DNA of 64,000 nucleotides from Oculina patagonica (Eukaryota), in NCBI RefSeq assembly GCF_052425735.1, contig NC_135763.1:14384001-14448000 (forward strand), in the 5' to 3' direction. Positions 25,469 through 38,100 of the stretch are shown here, piece by piece (positions within the stretch are counted from its first letter, which is position 1; each line of letters starts with the position of its first letter). The notes under the pieces are model-generated. The model was not told the origin of the DNA, did no database searches, and saw nothing but the letters and a program-made list of their open reading frames with translations. A program made the position numbers and the translations under genes.

Positions 25469-26479
25469 TGAAGTCCGATTTATCCAATTTAATCATAAAA
25501 AATGTTTTAAGCACTTTAAAAATTAATGCGTCTCAAATTTGTGAGGCATCAAAGGCTTTCCCGTCCACTTTTGTTTACTTCTAATATTTTCCACATGGTC
25601 TGGTGAAGGACATAACTTCTCACACAGAATGATCTAGAATTGCGCACATGCATGTCTAATATTTTTAAATGTTAAAAGAACGTCATGGTTATATCTGGAT
25701 GCATAAAAGCAATCTCCTGTGTAAATGCGTATGGAGACCAATTTTTGGGCTAATAGCAATTTACGCGACGTTTTCTTATTAATTCTGATCGTGTTAAAAT
25801 GCTGTAATGCGTCCTATATACAATATCACTTTGACCACTTGTCTTGCACTTTATATCATGGAAGCAGCAAGTTCAAGCTAATTAGTTAATGTTGTTTTGT
25901 TTTTGTTCAAAACGTTAACTCTTATTCTGATGGATTATGTGTAATATGGGCCTATAAATGAAGCTCCCCTACACGACTCTCGCAAATTGAGAGAGGAAGC
26001 AAATCCGACATGAACCAATAATACAGTTTTATGATACAGACCATTACAACCACTAAGTCAGTTTTCTCTTAACTTAATAAGTGAGTTCGTATGGAGATCT
26101 TGCAGAGTTGCTCTCGTACATTAGAAGAGCAACATCTCAAATTCAACTAAGAAACATCACATTAGTACTGTTTGTTACCAAGAGCCAATTCGAGCAACTT
26201 CTGAAAAATTCTAAAAACGTGCCGCAGTGATATTATTCCTAAGGTGTCCTATTATTGACCACATGCAATTACCTATACAAATAAGCTAAGTACTACTTTA
26301 TTTTCTATCAGTTTTGTTTCGCTTTGCGGGTTCCTGCCTTATGCTCATTGACACAACAAAGTCATCATCGTCAGTATCGATGCATAACCAGAACAAATAC
26401 TATTCATATCCTTTAAACTGCACTTAAATAAAGTCCTGTAACTTAATGATGTTCTCATCGAGGCAACAACAACTAAATA

Positions 26480-27463
26480 CTACCACCTATAGAAAATCTT
26501 CTTCAAAGTCCGTTTAACGGCCACTCGCATTTCTCGAAGACGCCAACAATAGATTAAAGGATTCACAGCGGAATTCATGAACACGATCGTGCTTGTCAAT
26601 TTCCAGGCTATAGCACTATCGGCGTTCTTCCATGATGCCGACTCGATCTTGTCCTCTTTGCTTGTCAACAGTAATGTTATGAACAGAGGAGTATAGCAAA
26701 GGAGGAGGAAGTAGTGGATGAGTAGAGCATTCACCGCTGTCCTTTTAAACCGTACTACGTTAAAGCCATTGCTCATATATGCTTGGACTGCCTCTCTTTG
26801 GACTTGAATTTGTTTTTGATGGCGGCGAACAACGCGATAAATGTTTACTTGGGCGGCTATTGACAAACTAAGGCAAATGCCCACTACAACAGCCATGACA
26901 ACAAGAAACACCTTATTTCCACTCCACAGCATTAGACTTGCCAGAAATCCGCTTGCCAAATAGTTAAAGGTCATAAGGTAGATGACTCGTTGAACGGTGA
27001 CGATGTCAACATATCTTAAATGAAATTGAAGCGCTAATAATCTATCTACGCTAATGGCTGTAACAGTGAACAAAGATACGCCACATACCGAATAGGACAC
27101 AATGTGAAATGCTTTGCCCAAACCACAATGATATTCGTCAAAGCTGTCGAGGAGTTGCCTCAGTTCTATGTAAAGATACAATGGTTGAACGACAAGACCA
27201 ACAGCAAGATCTGTTGTTGCGAGTCCACAGAGCAATACATTCGAAGGGGAACGCAGAGAAGGTGTTTTCCATACCACTGATATTACCAAGGCGTTTCCTA
27301 GAATCGCTGTTATTAGAAGCAGTATGTTAATAACACAGTTAAACAAGATGAGATTTTGTGGAACATTTTCAACCTGAAATATGGGAAGGCGAAAGCATGA
27401 GCTGTTGTCTTGAATTGCCTCTAGTTCCGCATGGCAGTTTGTAGAACAGTTATTATTAAGCAT
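26480..27463 (-). CDS. Class A GPCR paralog (start MLNNN by homology; upstream in-frame ATG at 27517)
   Basis: 7TM; SVDRL; NPLIY. Confidence 0.92.
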   Translation of the reverse strand: MLNNNCSTNCHAELEAIQDNSSCFRLPIFQVENVPQNLILFNCVINILLLITAILGNALVISVVWKTPSLRSPSNVLLCGLATTDLAVGLVVQPLYLYIELRQLLDSFDEYHCGLGKAFHIVSYSVCGVSLFTVTAISVDRLLALQFHLRYVDIVTVQRVIYLMTFNYLASGFLASLMLWSGNKVFLVVMAVVVGICLSLSIAAQVNIYRVVRRHQKQIQVQREAVQAYMSNGFNVVRFKRTAVNALLIHYFLLLCYTPLFITLLLTSKEDKIESASWKNADSAIAWKLTSTIVFMNSAVNPLIYCWRLREMRVAVKRTLKKIFYRW

Positions 27464-28537
27464 GATGATATCCGTAGTCCAATTTAAATCGTAAAAGCGG
27501 TAAAGTTCTTGTCGCATCAAAGGCGTCTCCTTTCGTCTCTTTCCTTAACCTCTGATTAGATTCAGTGTTTGTGAAGAATTAACCCCGTAAAACGATCTAG
27601 AATCGTGCACATGCATGTTTAAGCATTTTGAGAACGTCAAAGTTCATATTGGAGACCCAATTTTAGGTCTAATATCATTGATTCAGTTCACTCGCGCCGC
27701 CTCGATGTTTTGATGCATCCTATATACTGTAGCTATATATGGAATCATCTGGACTTGGAGACCTGGACTGCGAGACTTGTCTTGCACTTAAATTAACGCA
27801 GGCAACAAGTTCAAGTCAATGTTTTTTCGCTTTTGTGCAAACAATAGTGCGCAAAATTCAGAAAAATGTGAGCGCCAATATATAGAGCTTTCCTTTACTG
27901 GTTGAGAGAGGAAGTAAAATCCGACATGAACTAAAACAACAATTTCATTATTAAAACATAGGACATGACAATCACCAAACCCTTCCATTAAACTTAAAGA
28001 TACATAGATTGACAACATTTTTAACCTTGTTATACATTCAAAATTCTCCAAGCCATCGCCTCCAGTGAGCAAACTCATGTAAAGATCCTTAAAAAATTTC
28101 TCTCGTACAACATTTAAACTCCTTAAAGCGAAACATCACAAATTGTGTTTGAAAACATGAAACTAAGTCTAGTTGTTACCAAGTGAATACTCGAGCAATT
28201 TCTGGAAAATTTTTACAAACACGTCTGATACTATTCTCCAAGTATACTTGACTAAATGCAATTACCTATACAAATAAGCTAAGTGCTATTGTACTTTCTA
28301 TTAGATTTACTTAAGGGGTTTTTGTCTTATGCTCATCGACACAAGGAAGTCATCAACGTCTATTAATGCAAACCAAAGCGGATGAAGCATTTCATCCTCC
28401 CCCGTACAAATGCATAACCTGATACAATCCATATCCTCTTTAATTCACTCAAACAATACCCTGTAATTTTAATAATGTTTCCATGGAAGCAAAGCCTCTG
28501 CGATGGCTTTTACTATTGTCATCAATACAATCACAAC

Positions 28538-28815
28538 CTACAGAAATCTTCTGCAAAGTGAAAAACCATCGTGTATCATACGGCTTGGACGGCCTCTCGT
28601 TGGCCTTGAATTTGTTGTTGATGGCGCCCGATGGCGGCGAACAACGCGATAAATATTTACATGAACGGTGACGATATCAACATATCTTAAATGATATTGA
28701 AGCGCTAATAATATATCTACGCTAGATGATGGCTGTAACAGTAAACAAAGATTCAGCACACACCAAATAGGGCACAATGTAAATATTAACATGGGCGGTT
28801 ATTGTTAAACTAAGG
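28538..28815 (-). pseudogene. Heavily deleted GPCR pseudogene
   Basis: LLALQYHLRYVDIVTV and NIYRVVRRH fragments; flanks paralogous to those of neighbouring genes. Confidence 0.8.
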
Positions 28816-28994
28816 CATCGGTCATTGCCTAAGTTTGCCACTTTCGTTTATCTCTGATATTTTCCAGTGTTTGTGAAGAAATAACTTCGTAGAATGATCT
28901 AGAATCGTGCACATCAATAATCAATGTTCAACCATTTGAGAGTGTCATGGTCCATCTCCGGATGCATTTAAGAAATCTCTTGTGGATATGTAAA

Positions 28995-29380
28995 AGTTTG
29001 GAGACCCAATCTGTCCAATATCATCGTGTTAGGTAGTTTTATTCAGTTTACTGGCGGTCGAAATGTTGTCATGCGTCCTGATACATGGTATCATTTGGAC
29101 CACACTTGTCTTGCACTTTTTTCGTATATGTGTCAGTTTGGAGACCCAATTTTACTGGGGTGTAAAATCATCGTGTGAAGTATATTTTTGGATTCAGTTC
29201 ACTCGCGGTCGAAATGTTGTCATGCGTCCTGATACATGGTATCATTTGGACCACAATTGTCCTGCACCTTTTTCTAATATCATCGTGTGAAGTATTTTTT
29301 TTTTTATTCAGTTCACTCGCGGTCAAAATGTTGTCATGCGTCCTATATTCTGGCGTCATTAGGACCACACTTGTCTCGCT
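28995..29380. repeat. ~120-140 bp tandem repeat, 3 copies
   Basis: attcagttcactcgcggtcgaaatgttgtcatgcgtcctgatacatgg recurs at ~29041, 29192 and 29306. Confidence 0.88.
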
Positions 29381-30134
29381 CGTTTTCCTACGCAGGCAAA
29401 AAGTGCAGGTCAATGTTGGTTTGTTTTCTGTACAAACACTGATTAGTTGGCAAAACACTTTAAGCGCCCACCTCGAATAAGCACCTACTCTAAAAGGTCC
29501 AAAAATTGAATAAGCGCCCAGGGCGCTTACAGGTATGGAATAAATACGGTATGAATAATGTGAATGGCCTTTAAAAAGCGCCCCCCCCCCCCCCCCCATT
29601 TCCTCCACAGGAATGCAAAAAGTTGAAAGAGGAAGCCAAACCCGACATGAACTAAATACAACAGTTTCATAATATAGAACATTACAATCACCAACATCTT
29701 CCCTTAGCCTGATGTTATACATTCGAAACAATCATAGGTAAACGATCATATCCAATAAGAATTCCTTTCCTACATCCATAGTCTTAGGAGCGAAACATCT
29801 CAAATTTAGGAACATGAAACAAAGACTGTTTTTTATTTAGTGCCAATTCGAGAAACTTCTGAAAAATTGTGAAACACGCGTGAAGATATCTTTTAAGTAT
29901 ATTTGACCAAACGCAACTACCTATAAAAATAAGTTTAATGCTATTTTATTTTCTATTTAGATTCACTTAGGGGTGGGGTTCCTGACTCTTCACGCTCATT
30001 GACACATCAAAGTCATCATCGTCTATTAAAGCAAGCTAAAGCAAATGCATTTACCCAAACAAAACCTTTTACATATATAATGATGTTTACATGAAAGCAA
30101 AGCATCTGCGGTGGCAATTATTGTCGTATTATCG

Positions 30135-31190
30135 TTAACAAAATCTCAACCTACAGAAAATCGCTTTCAAAGTCTTTTTCATGGCGACCCGTATTTCTCG
30201 AAGACGCCAACAATAGATAAAAGGATTCACAGCGGAATTCATGAATACTATTGTGCTTGTCAATTTCCATGCTATAGCGCTATCGGCCTTCTTCCATGAT
30301 GCCGAATCAATCTTGTCTTCATTGCTTGTCAGCAGTAAAGTAATAAACAATGGAGTGTAGCAAAGGAGAAGGAAGTAGTGAATAAGAACAACGTTGACAG
30401 CTGTCCTTTTGAAACGTGACATGTTAAAATCATCACGCACTTGAACTGCGTCTCTCTGCGCTTGAATTTGTTGTTGATGGCGGCAAACAACGCGATAAAT
30501 TTTCACGTGGATGAACACCGACAAACAAAGGCAAATGCCCACTACAACAGCCATGACAACAAGAAACACAATTCCACTCCACAAGATAAGACTTGCCAGA
30601 AATCCGCATGCCAACCAGTTTAATGTCATAAGGTACATGACTCGTTGAACGGTGCTAATATTAACATATCTTAGATGATATTGAAGCGCTAATAACCTGT
30701 CTATACTGATGGCTGTCACAGTCAACAAAGATACACCGCATACTGTATAGGACACAACAATAAATGCTTTTCCTAAAGCACAATGATACTCTGCCGAGTC
30801 TTCGCGGAACTGCGTCAGTTCTATATGAAGAAACAAAGGCTGAACGACAAGACCAACTGCAAGATCTGATGTTGCCAGTCCACAGAGCAATACATTCGAA
30901 GGAGAACGCAGAGAAGGTGTCTTCCATACTATCGATATAACCAACAGATTTCCAACAATCGCTGTTATAAGAAACAAGAAGTTAATTGCGCAGTTAAACA
31001 AGATAAGATTTTGTGGAACATTTTCAACCTGAAATACGGGAAAGCGGAAGCACGAGCTGTTGTCCTGAATTATCCCCTGTTCTTCTTGGCAGTTTATAGA
31101 ACAGTTGTTAAGCATAATGATAACCGTATTCCAATTTAAATTATCGTTAAAAGTTCTGAAATTTGCCCAAGCATTTTTATCCTCCACCAT
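30135..31190 (-). CDS. Class A GPCR paralog, up to 351 aa
   Basis: 7TM; SIDRL; NPFIY. Confidence 0.92.
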   Translation of the reverse strand: MVEDKNAWANFRTFNDNLNWNTVIIMLNNCSINCQEEQGIIQDNSSCFRFPVFQVENVPQNLILFNCAINFLFLITAIVGNLLVISIVWKTPSLRSPSNVLLCGLATSDLAVGLVVQPLFLHIELTQFREDSAEYHCALGKAFIVVSYTVCGVSLLTVTAISIDRLLALQYHLRYVNISTVQRVMYLMTLNWLACGFLASLILWSGIVFLVVMAVVVGICLCLSVFIHVKIYRVVCRHQQQIQAQRDAVQVRDDFNMSRFKRTAVNVVLIHYFLLLCYTPLFITLLLTSNEDKIDSASWKKADSAIAWKLTSTIVFMNSAVNPFIYCWRLREIRVAMKKTLKAIFCRLRFC

Positions 31191-31937
31191 TCACCTCCGA
31201 TATTTGCCAGTGTATTGAAAAGGGAACAGTTTTGTAGAATCGTGCATACGCATACTTATCCACTTGAGTTGTCATGGTTCATATCCGGATACATAAAAGT
31301 AATTTTACGTATGGCTAAGCTCGGAAACCTAATTTTAGGTCATTTCAAGTATCCTTCAAGTCTTTTTTGTTTCAGGTCATTCGCCGTGTAAATGTTGAAA
31401 TGTGTGCTATATTTGGAATTCGACCACAGTTGTCTCGAACTTTGTTTTATGCACGACATCAACTTCTGGCATCCGACGTTGGAAAAAAGTTTCCCGTTGG
31501 AAAAATGACGTTTGAAAGAAAATGCATGTGTGACATAAAATGGCCGATAAAAAATGGTGCGCGTTATCAATAATGAAAACTCGGGAGATGAGGCTAAATC
31601 AAACAAGCACAAAAAGTACAATTTTGCGAATTTTTGATTCCATGGAAAGCACCCACAAAAAATATGGAACGACAGATCTCTCTTACTACTCATGCCAACG
31701 TAGTTCTTTTATGGGATTAAAGCAATAAAGTGGAGGCTTTAACAAATCATTCATCTACGTAAAACATTTGAATAACGTGATCAACATCTACTTTCTCCGT
31801 ACAAACAGACAAGTAACAAGAATTCAGAAAATCATCAACGACGAAAATATCCTACATTCTCAGAATATACATTTAAGAAACATTTAGAACAGAACATTTA
31901 AAAAAAAACTTAAGCTAGCGCTGGGCAGAGTACATCA

Positions 31938-32088
31938 GACATCACTTGGCACAGAGTCTTTTGGTTATCAAATCAATCCTTTTATTACCATTATCTGCCA
32001 TTAATATCTGCTACTTTGGCTGCCATATTCCTTAATTATAATGTTCCAGAAGTTTGGGTTTGCCTAAGAATTACTTCCTTTACAACCT
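31938..32088 (-). pseudogene. Orphan degraded last-exon fragment of an RDH-like SDR gene
   Basis: gacatcacttggcacagagtc...aattacttcctttacaacct aligns to 35120-35275. Confidence 0.75.
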
Positions 32089-33056
32089 ACGATACCATAT
32101 AAAAATGACCTAGTCTCATTGTATTATTTTTAGTAGGCTCGTCTTATTATTTCGCATTCAATTGTTTCTCTAATGAAAGGGGGTTCTAGCTAATTTTGTA
32201 ATTTTTTGCCATAGGAACAATCAACATCAGACTCAGCACGATTCTATTCTCTCTTCGGTTCAATTCAATAGCATAGACATTGCAGCTGTCAGGTTTCAAT
32301 CTGTAGAAAAACTTGAAACAAATTAACATCCTTGTTAAAATTTGTTTTCTTACTTTCAAATTGAAATTCATTGTGATGAAGAAAAGTCCTATTTATAAAA
32401 GGGCACACTGGCAGGAATATTTCATTTTGGACACTCTAGGCTAAGCTCTAAGCTAAGTTGGTTTGAACTCCCATTGGGAAAAACACTCATAAAAAAATTG
32501 TAGCCCTTTCGGAATCACTCGTTGTTTATTTAAAAGCCGTATACTACAATAATCGGGTATTGAAACGGTGTCTGTACAAGCCCCAACAAATGTTTTTGTA
32601 CTTCTCAGAATGGTGAACTGACCTAGCTTATTTATGTCATGGCTGCCGTAAAAACGCTTTACATTCCAATCCCTCCTCCAGAATTGCTGTTTAAATAAAA
32701 CTGTTTTAAACTAAGTGGCGTGTACCTGGAGGATGAATAAAATTTATTATACCCGGGCTAATTATTTTATCACACCACTCACCTCACAGTTTCTTTGCAA
32801 CCATGAGCAATGAAATATTTAACGAATACTATTTCTCATTGCACTAGCCAACAAACACTGTCTTCACTGATTACTCTGGAACAGTTAGGCACAAGGTTCT
32901 TTTATTTCTGAATACAATTTCTGTTTGCGATCGGTTACTAACTGACCCTAACCTTCACGCGGTACTCGAATATTTTGATTACAATTTTGATGGTCATCAT
33001 TCCTCATCAACTCTTTGTGTATAAAGTATGTAACAAGTGTTACAATATTGAAATTG

Positions 33057-33998
33057 TTATGAGTTCTCTCCGTTTTCTTTACAACACAAGTTCCTTACGA
33101 TACCTCTTACACTTTCTCTAATTTCCTTTATCCTCCAACAGTAAAGCAAGGGATTCGCAAACGGAGAGGAAAACAGAACGCCCGTGCAAGCATTGAAGGC
33201 CGCTTTCGATGATTTAGTTCCGAATTCGTCCATAATGCTAATTACCAAAAAGCAGCACACGAAGGGAACATAACTCAGTAAAAATATTGAAAGAATATAC
33301 AAAATTGTGAATACAGATTTTCTGTATTTTTCGATGTCAATGGCGTTTTGATTTGTTTGCACTTGACTTTGGTGGTGACGTATAATTTGGAAAACTTTGA
33401 AATAGGCGAAGACAGTGATAAAAAAGCAAAGTGCTGCCCCTAAAATGAAGATGACAATAAATATACTGAAGGGCTCATTTGTATAATACCAGTTGTACAC
33501 GCGACCAGCGAAAAACGCAATCAGCAAAACTACAAACGTTATATAAATAACAACGACCCGACGAACTGTAAGAAGAGATCTTCGGCTCATATGCAGCCAT
33601 CTTTCGACAGCCATTATTGTCATATCGATGACCGTTAGAGAGGAAAAGTAGTATCCAACACTTTGTGTGATAACACCACCAATACAGAACATCTTATTGT
33701 TTCCAAATAGCCCCGCCAATCGGTACATAACGAAAACCGGTTGAACCATTAATCCGGTGCAAAAGTCGGTGAAGGCCAAACCAGCAAGAAGAACATAAGA
33801 TGGAGTCCTCAAGGACGGGTTTTTCCAAATTGCTGCCATAATCAAAGCGTTTCCCGCCACTGTCATCGGTGCTAGAAGTGAGGTGACGACACAGGTTGTA
33901 AGAGTCACCTGATAGTAAACTGAGGTGCTTTTACTGGCGTTTGGAAAAACTAGAAAGGAACACCAACTGTCCTGTAAGCGAGAGGAATTAAAGGCCAT
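33057..33998 (-). CDS. Class A GPCR, divergent subfamily, 313 aa
   Basis: 7TM; LAFTD; AVERW; ANPLLYCWR. Confidence 0.93.
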   Translation of the reverse strand: MAFNSSRLQDSWCSFLVFPNASKSTSVYYQVTLTTCVVTSLLAPMTVAGNALIMAAIWKNPSLRTPSYVLLAGLAFTDFCTGLMVQPVFVMYRLAGLFGNNKMFCIGGVITQSVGYYFSSLTVIDMTIMAVERWLHMSRRSLLTVRRVVVIYITFVVLLIAFFAGRVYNWYYTNEPFSIFIVIFILGAALCFFITVFAYFKVFQIIRHHQSQVQTNQNAIDIEKYRKSVFTILYILSIFLLSYVPFVCCFLVISIMDEFGTKSSKAAFNACTGVLFSSPFANPLLYCWRIKEIRESVRGIVRNLCCKENGENS

Positions 33999-35123
33999 TG
34001 CCGAGAGTTAATCTGAAACCCCGAACTGCTTCACTGAGAAGGAGGTGCACAGAGGACTTAGGCCTTTCGATTTTTATGTCCTTGCTAATTCTCTTATGCC
34101 CACTCTTTCCTTGCAATTCTGAGATTTCTGTATTGTGATATTTAATTTCTATGAAGTCTGAATACTTTAAATTCGGTGTGAGTCTGTATACCAACCCAAC
34201 TGAACTGTTTGGTGTTAAAAGTGTAACCTAGGTGAACTTAAAATCATAAAAACATCACAAATAGCCTGAAACAGCTTGCGGGTGCTTTATTTATTAAATT
34301 GCCTTTTAGTGAGCTCGTTTAATTATTTCGCATTCAATTGTTTCTCCAATGAAAGGGGTCCTTAACTCAGTAGGGGCAAATAGGTTTGTGATTTTCTTCC
34401 ATGGGAACCGGCTCTTTACAATTGCATTCATTTTTTCGATGAAAGGAAGAAGAGGCTTTCAGGTTAAGAAATGTAGAGTGACATGATATTTGTTTGCTCA
34501 CGTTCAAGCAGAAATTAATTCCGTTGAGAAAACTGATTGCTATTGGAAAAGAGCAAAATGGTAGAAAAATGACTCATTTGGGACACTAAAGGCTAAACAG
34601 TGAAATTAGTTTGGAAGCTCGTGGAAAAAACAAATATCATGAACCATTGTAACTCTTCAGGAATCACTACTTGTTTTAAATAAAATCTACATGCTATAAA
34701 AATCGATTATAATAACGGTGTCTCTGCAGGAGCCTGTATATGATAATATATATAAAATAACGTTGGACATCACTGCAAAAAGATATTTTCTTTGCAATTG
34801 GACAACAATGAATTGACAATTGGCATCTTTTTTTTTTTTTCAGTCCAAAACCGATCGAATTGCAAGAAAAACATAGTTTTGAAGTATCGAGAATTAAGAC
34901 AATGCTTCTTGTTAGCAGTTTTTCTGCTTGATTGTAAATGGAAATTGTTTCTCATAAGAAAGCTGCTATTGAAAAAGAACCGGATCTGAGAAAATCACCC
35001 CTTCTGGTCGCTCTAAAGGAAAAAAAACATCAAGAATTGTACCTTACAGGGATGACTTCTATTTTAATTAAAAGCTACATGATTAAAATTGGGGAACAAA
35101 AGTTACTCTCTGAAGATAAGACA

Positions 35124-38100
35124 TCACTCAGCACAGAATCTTTCGGTAATCAAATCAACAGACTTATTTCCATTAATATCTGCCAGTTTGGCCGCAATCT
35201 CATCAGGGCAGTATTCCTTATTTGTTTGGTACCGGAAGTTTGGGTTTTCACTCAGAATTACTTCCTTTACAACCTCTGCCACTTGCTCCGCGCTCAACAC
35301 CTTCTCTGGTTGAGCCCAGTACTGACCGGACCTTTTAACCACTCTTTCATTGATAAGAAGAGTTTTTTGGTCAGCAGTTGAGGTGTCTACTCCTTCGTCA
35401 ATTGCAGCGTTTTTCATTGGAGTTTTGACGGGACCTGCTTCGATGTTAACGCATCTACAGAACAAAACAACCTATAAGTAACAATCAACGCTTCTATTTG
35501 TTTGCCGGATCCATTTGTAACTTTTTAATGGGAGGTATTTGAGTACAAAAATATTAAAATGAACTGTGAAGTTTCAAAAATCTCCAAAAGTATAGTTACA
35601 TTTCACATGTTTCTTTAACAGTTAACCAAAAACATTTTCGAAGGGAGTTCCATTTATTGGTTTTTCGTGGGAAGAAAGAAAACTTAAAAATATATTTTCT
35701 TTGCCCTAGGAACTACAAACTTAAAATCTTGGTTGCCACGGGTTCTTAGACTGTAAGAGTAAGGAGAACAGACATCGAGAACTTGGTTTCAGTTACCTGA
35801 TGTTAAACTGGCGGAGAGTGGGCGCTAACGCTTCTGTCAAACCTTCAACGGCAAACTTTGATGAGCTGTAACTTTCAAGAAATGGTACCCCAACCACACC
35901 AGCATGGCTGCTGTTGTTTATGATTAGCCCACTTTCCTTTGCTTTCATGTGTGGAATCACAGCTTTGATTAAACGGGCTGTGCCAAAGAAATTCACTTCA
36001 AAAACCTTTTTCATCACCTCCATCGGGATACATTCAAAAACGGTGAATAGCAACATGCCGGCGTTGTTGACTAGAAAATAAAACGTTTGGTCTTTATTTT
36101 TGTGCGTATGAGTAGTAATTTCAATGTGAACGTTATGGGTGACTTGTACCAGCCTATTAGGACACTTAACTCTCACAGTGTCTCTTTTCACCCAGGTGTA
36201 TAAATGGGTACCGGCGAATTTAATGCTGGGGGTAACCCTGCGATGGACTAGCATCTCATCCAGGGGGAGTAGAAATACTCCTACTTGCTTCTTGGTACTG
36301 AAACCGGGATAAACTCCGGCCTGATGGGCCACTAGGCTCGAGCACAGACTTGACCTTTACCCTTATACCCCGGGGGGGGGGGACTCCCATAAATTTCGGA
36401 TAGGGGTGTGCCGCCAAGGTTCTTAAACCCTGACCCTATTTAAGGATAAAGAAAGCGAAAATTTAAACCCTTTTTAAGGCCCAAAACCAAAAAATGACAC
36501 CCTATTTAAGGGGAGGAGAAACGTTCCGTGACGACCCAAATAACGGCTAACCGCGCACGGCAAGACACAAATCTTTATAAAATCGCTTTTCTAATACGGT
36601 TCAATACCTGAACTGAAAATTCAGTTTTCAGATATCTTTTTCTCGTTTAGCTGGGCGTTTATTTTAGTTAATATAATTTAGGTACCCTATCTAAGGATCA
36701 CAGCGGGAACACATTGCCAAAAGGAGCAAAAATGATACCCTATTTAAGGACCGAGAACCTCAAAAATCATACCCTATCGGGCGGCACATACCTATATAGG
36801 CCACATATGGGAGTACCCCCCCCGGGCCTTATACCAGCCCATATCAAGAGACTGGACATCCTGGAAAGTGATCGGACTGTCATCAGTTTTGGATTACGTG
36901 AAAAGTCCAGGGGGGTACTTCCATATGAAAGAGACAGAGATGCTCGTCGTCTCGCGAAGGCCTGTAAATTATGGATTTTGGTCTTACTTAGCTAGGGGTT
37001 CATGACAGAACGCCAACATTTTAAGCCCTCGAGGTGTCATTCGAAGTTGCACATGGAGAAACAAAAAAAACCGCCATACCGTGTGGCGCTCTAGACCGAT
37101 CAGGTATGATTGATGATATATTTTAAGGGTCAAATCAAGTTTTAGCAAGGCCCAGTTTGGTCTACTTTAAAACTTTCAAAACTCCGTCCTTTTCATATGC
37201 GTGTTCTTCCCCCTGGGATGGACATGATTCATGTCGTTTCGACAGCCGAATTTGTCAGGTTGGTCTGAATTTTTTTTCCACTGGGTCATGTAATCAGACA
37301 CATATATTTTTGTGAATGTGAGGTCAATTTATGATGTTTAAATAATAATTTCTTTGTGGGATGTTTTGGTCAGATCCACCATCATTAACCTGCGTGGCGG
37401 GCGTAAAAAGGGAAGGGGAGGGAGGGACAAAACACGAAAGGGAGAAGTCCCTTCTTTTCATTTTTCCTCTCCCATTTTCTCTCTCCCCTTCCCCTTTTGA
37501 CGCCCGCCACGCAGGCTAACCATCATAATAATAATATTAATAATAATAATAATAATAATCAACTTTATTTATAGAGGGTGAACACATAACAGTAAAAAAA
37601 AAAAAAAACCTGTGGCCCTCTAATATAAAATACAATCAAGAACTAAAAATAATGCTAAAAATCTAACTATCTAAAATTACAAAATTTAGTTAAAAATACG
37701 CTATACCTTGTTATAGGAATTTAACGATACATGTAATTAACGCGAATTTCAAAAATTCGCGTTAATTACATGTACCTTAATTTACGTCATTGTAAATTAA
37801 AATCACACTAGTTTTCAGCATTGTTATTTTAAGACACCTTTATTTCCGGAAAAGTTATGTTTAAACGACATCTACTTCTCCGTGAAGGCTGCAGGAATAA
37901 CAGAGGCAGCGGAAAACACGAGGACGGGATGTACTCCATCCCTGGATCCATTCATTTAATATTAGTCACTATTTGGTCTGTTTAAGTATCTTTGTTGTGT
38001 ATAGTTAGTTAGTAAGTTCTCTTCGCGCCATGAGGCGCATAAGGCTGTAACTGTCTCTCGCCAACTATCAGAATTAAACCTCAAGTTCTGTTGTTGGACG

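Noticed and set aside
28995-29380. Possible CRISPR-like array (also the 7402-7490 repeat)
   Set aside because: Whole units are tandemly duplicated with no unique spacers; eukaryotic context; no cas genes
35793-36332. 179-aa ORF as a single-exon gene
   Set aside because: Chimera of SINE sequence read into SDR exon 2
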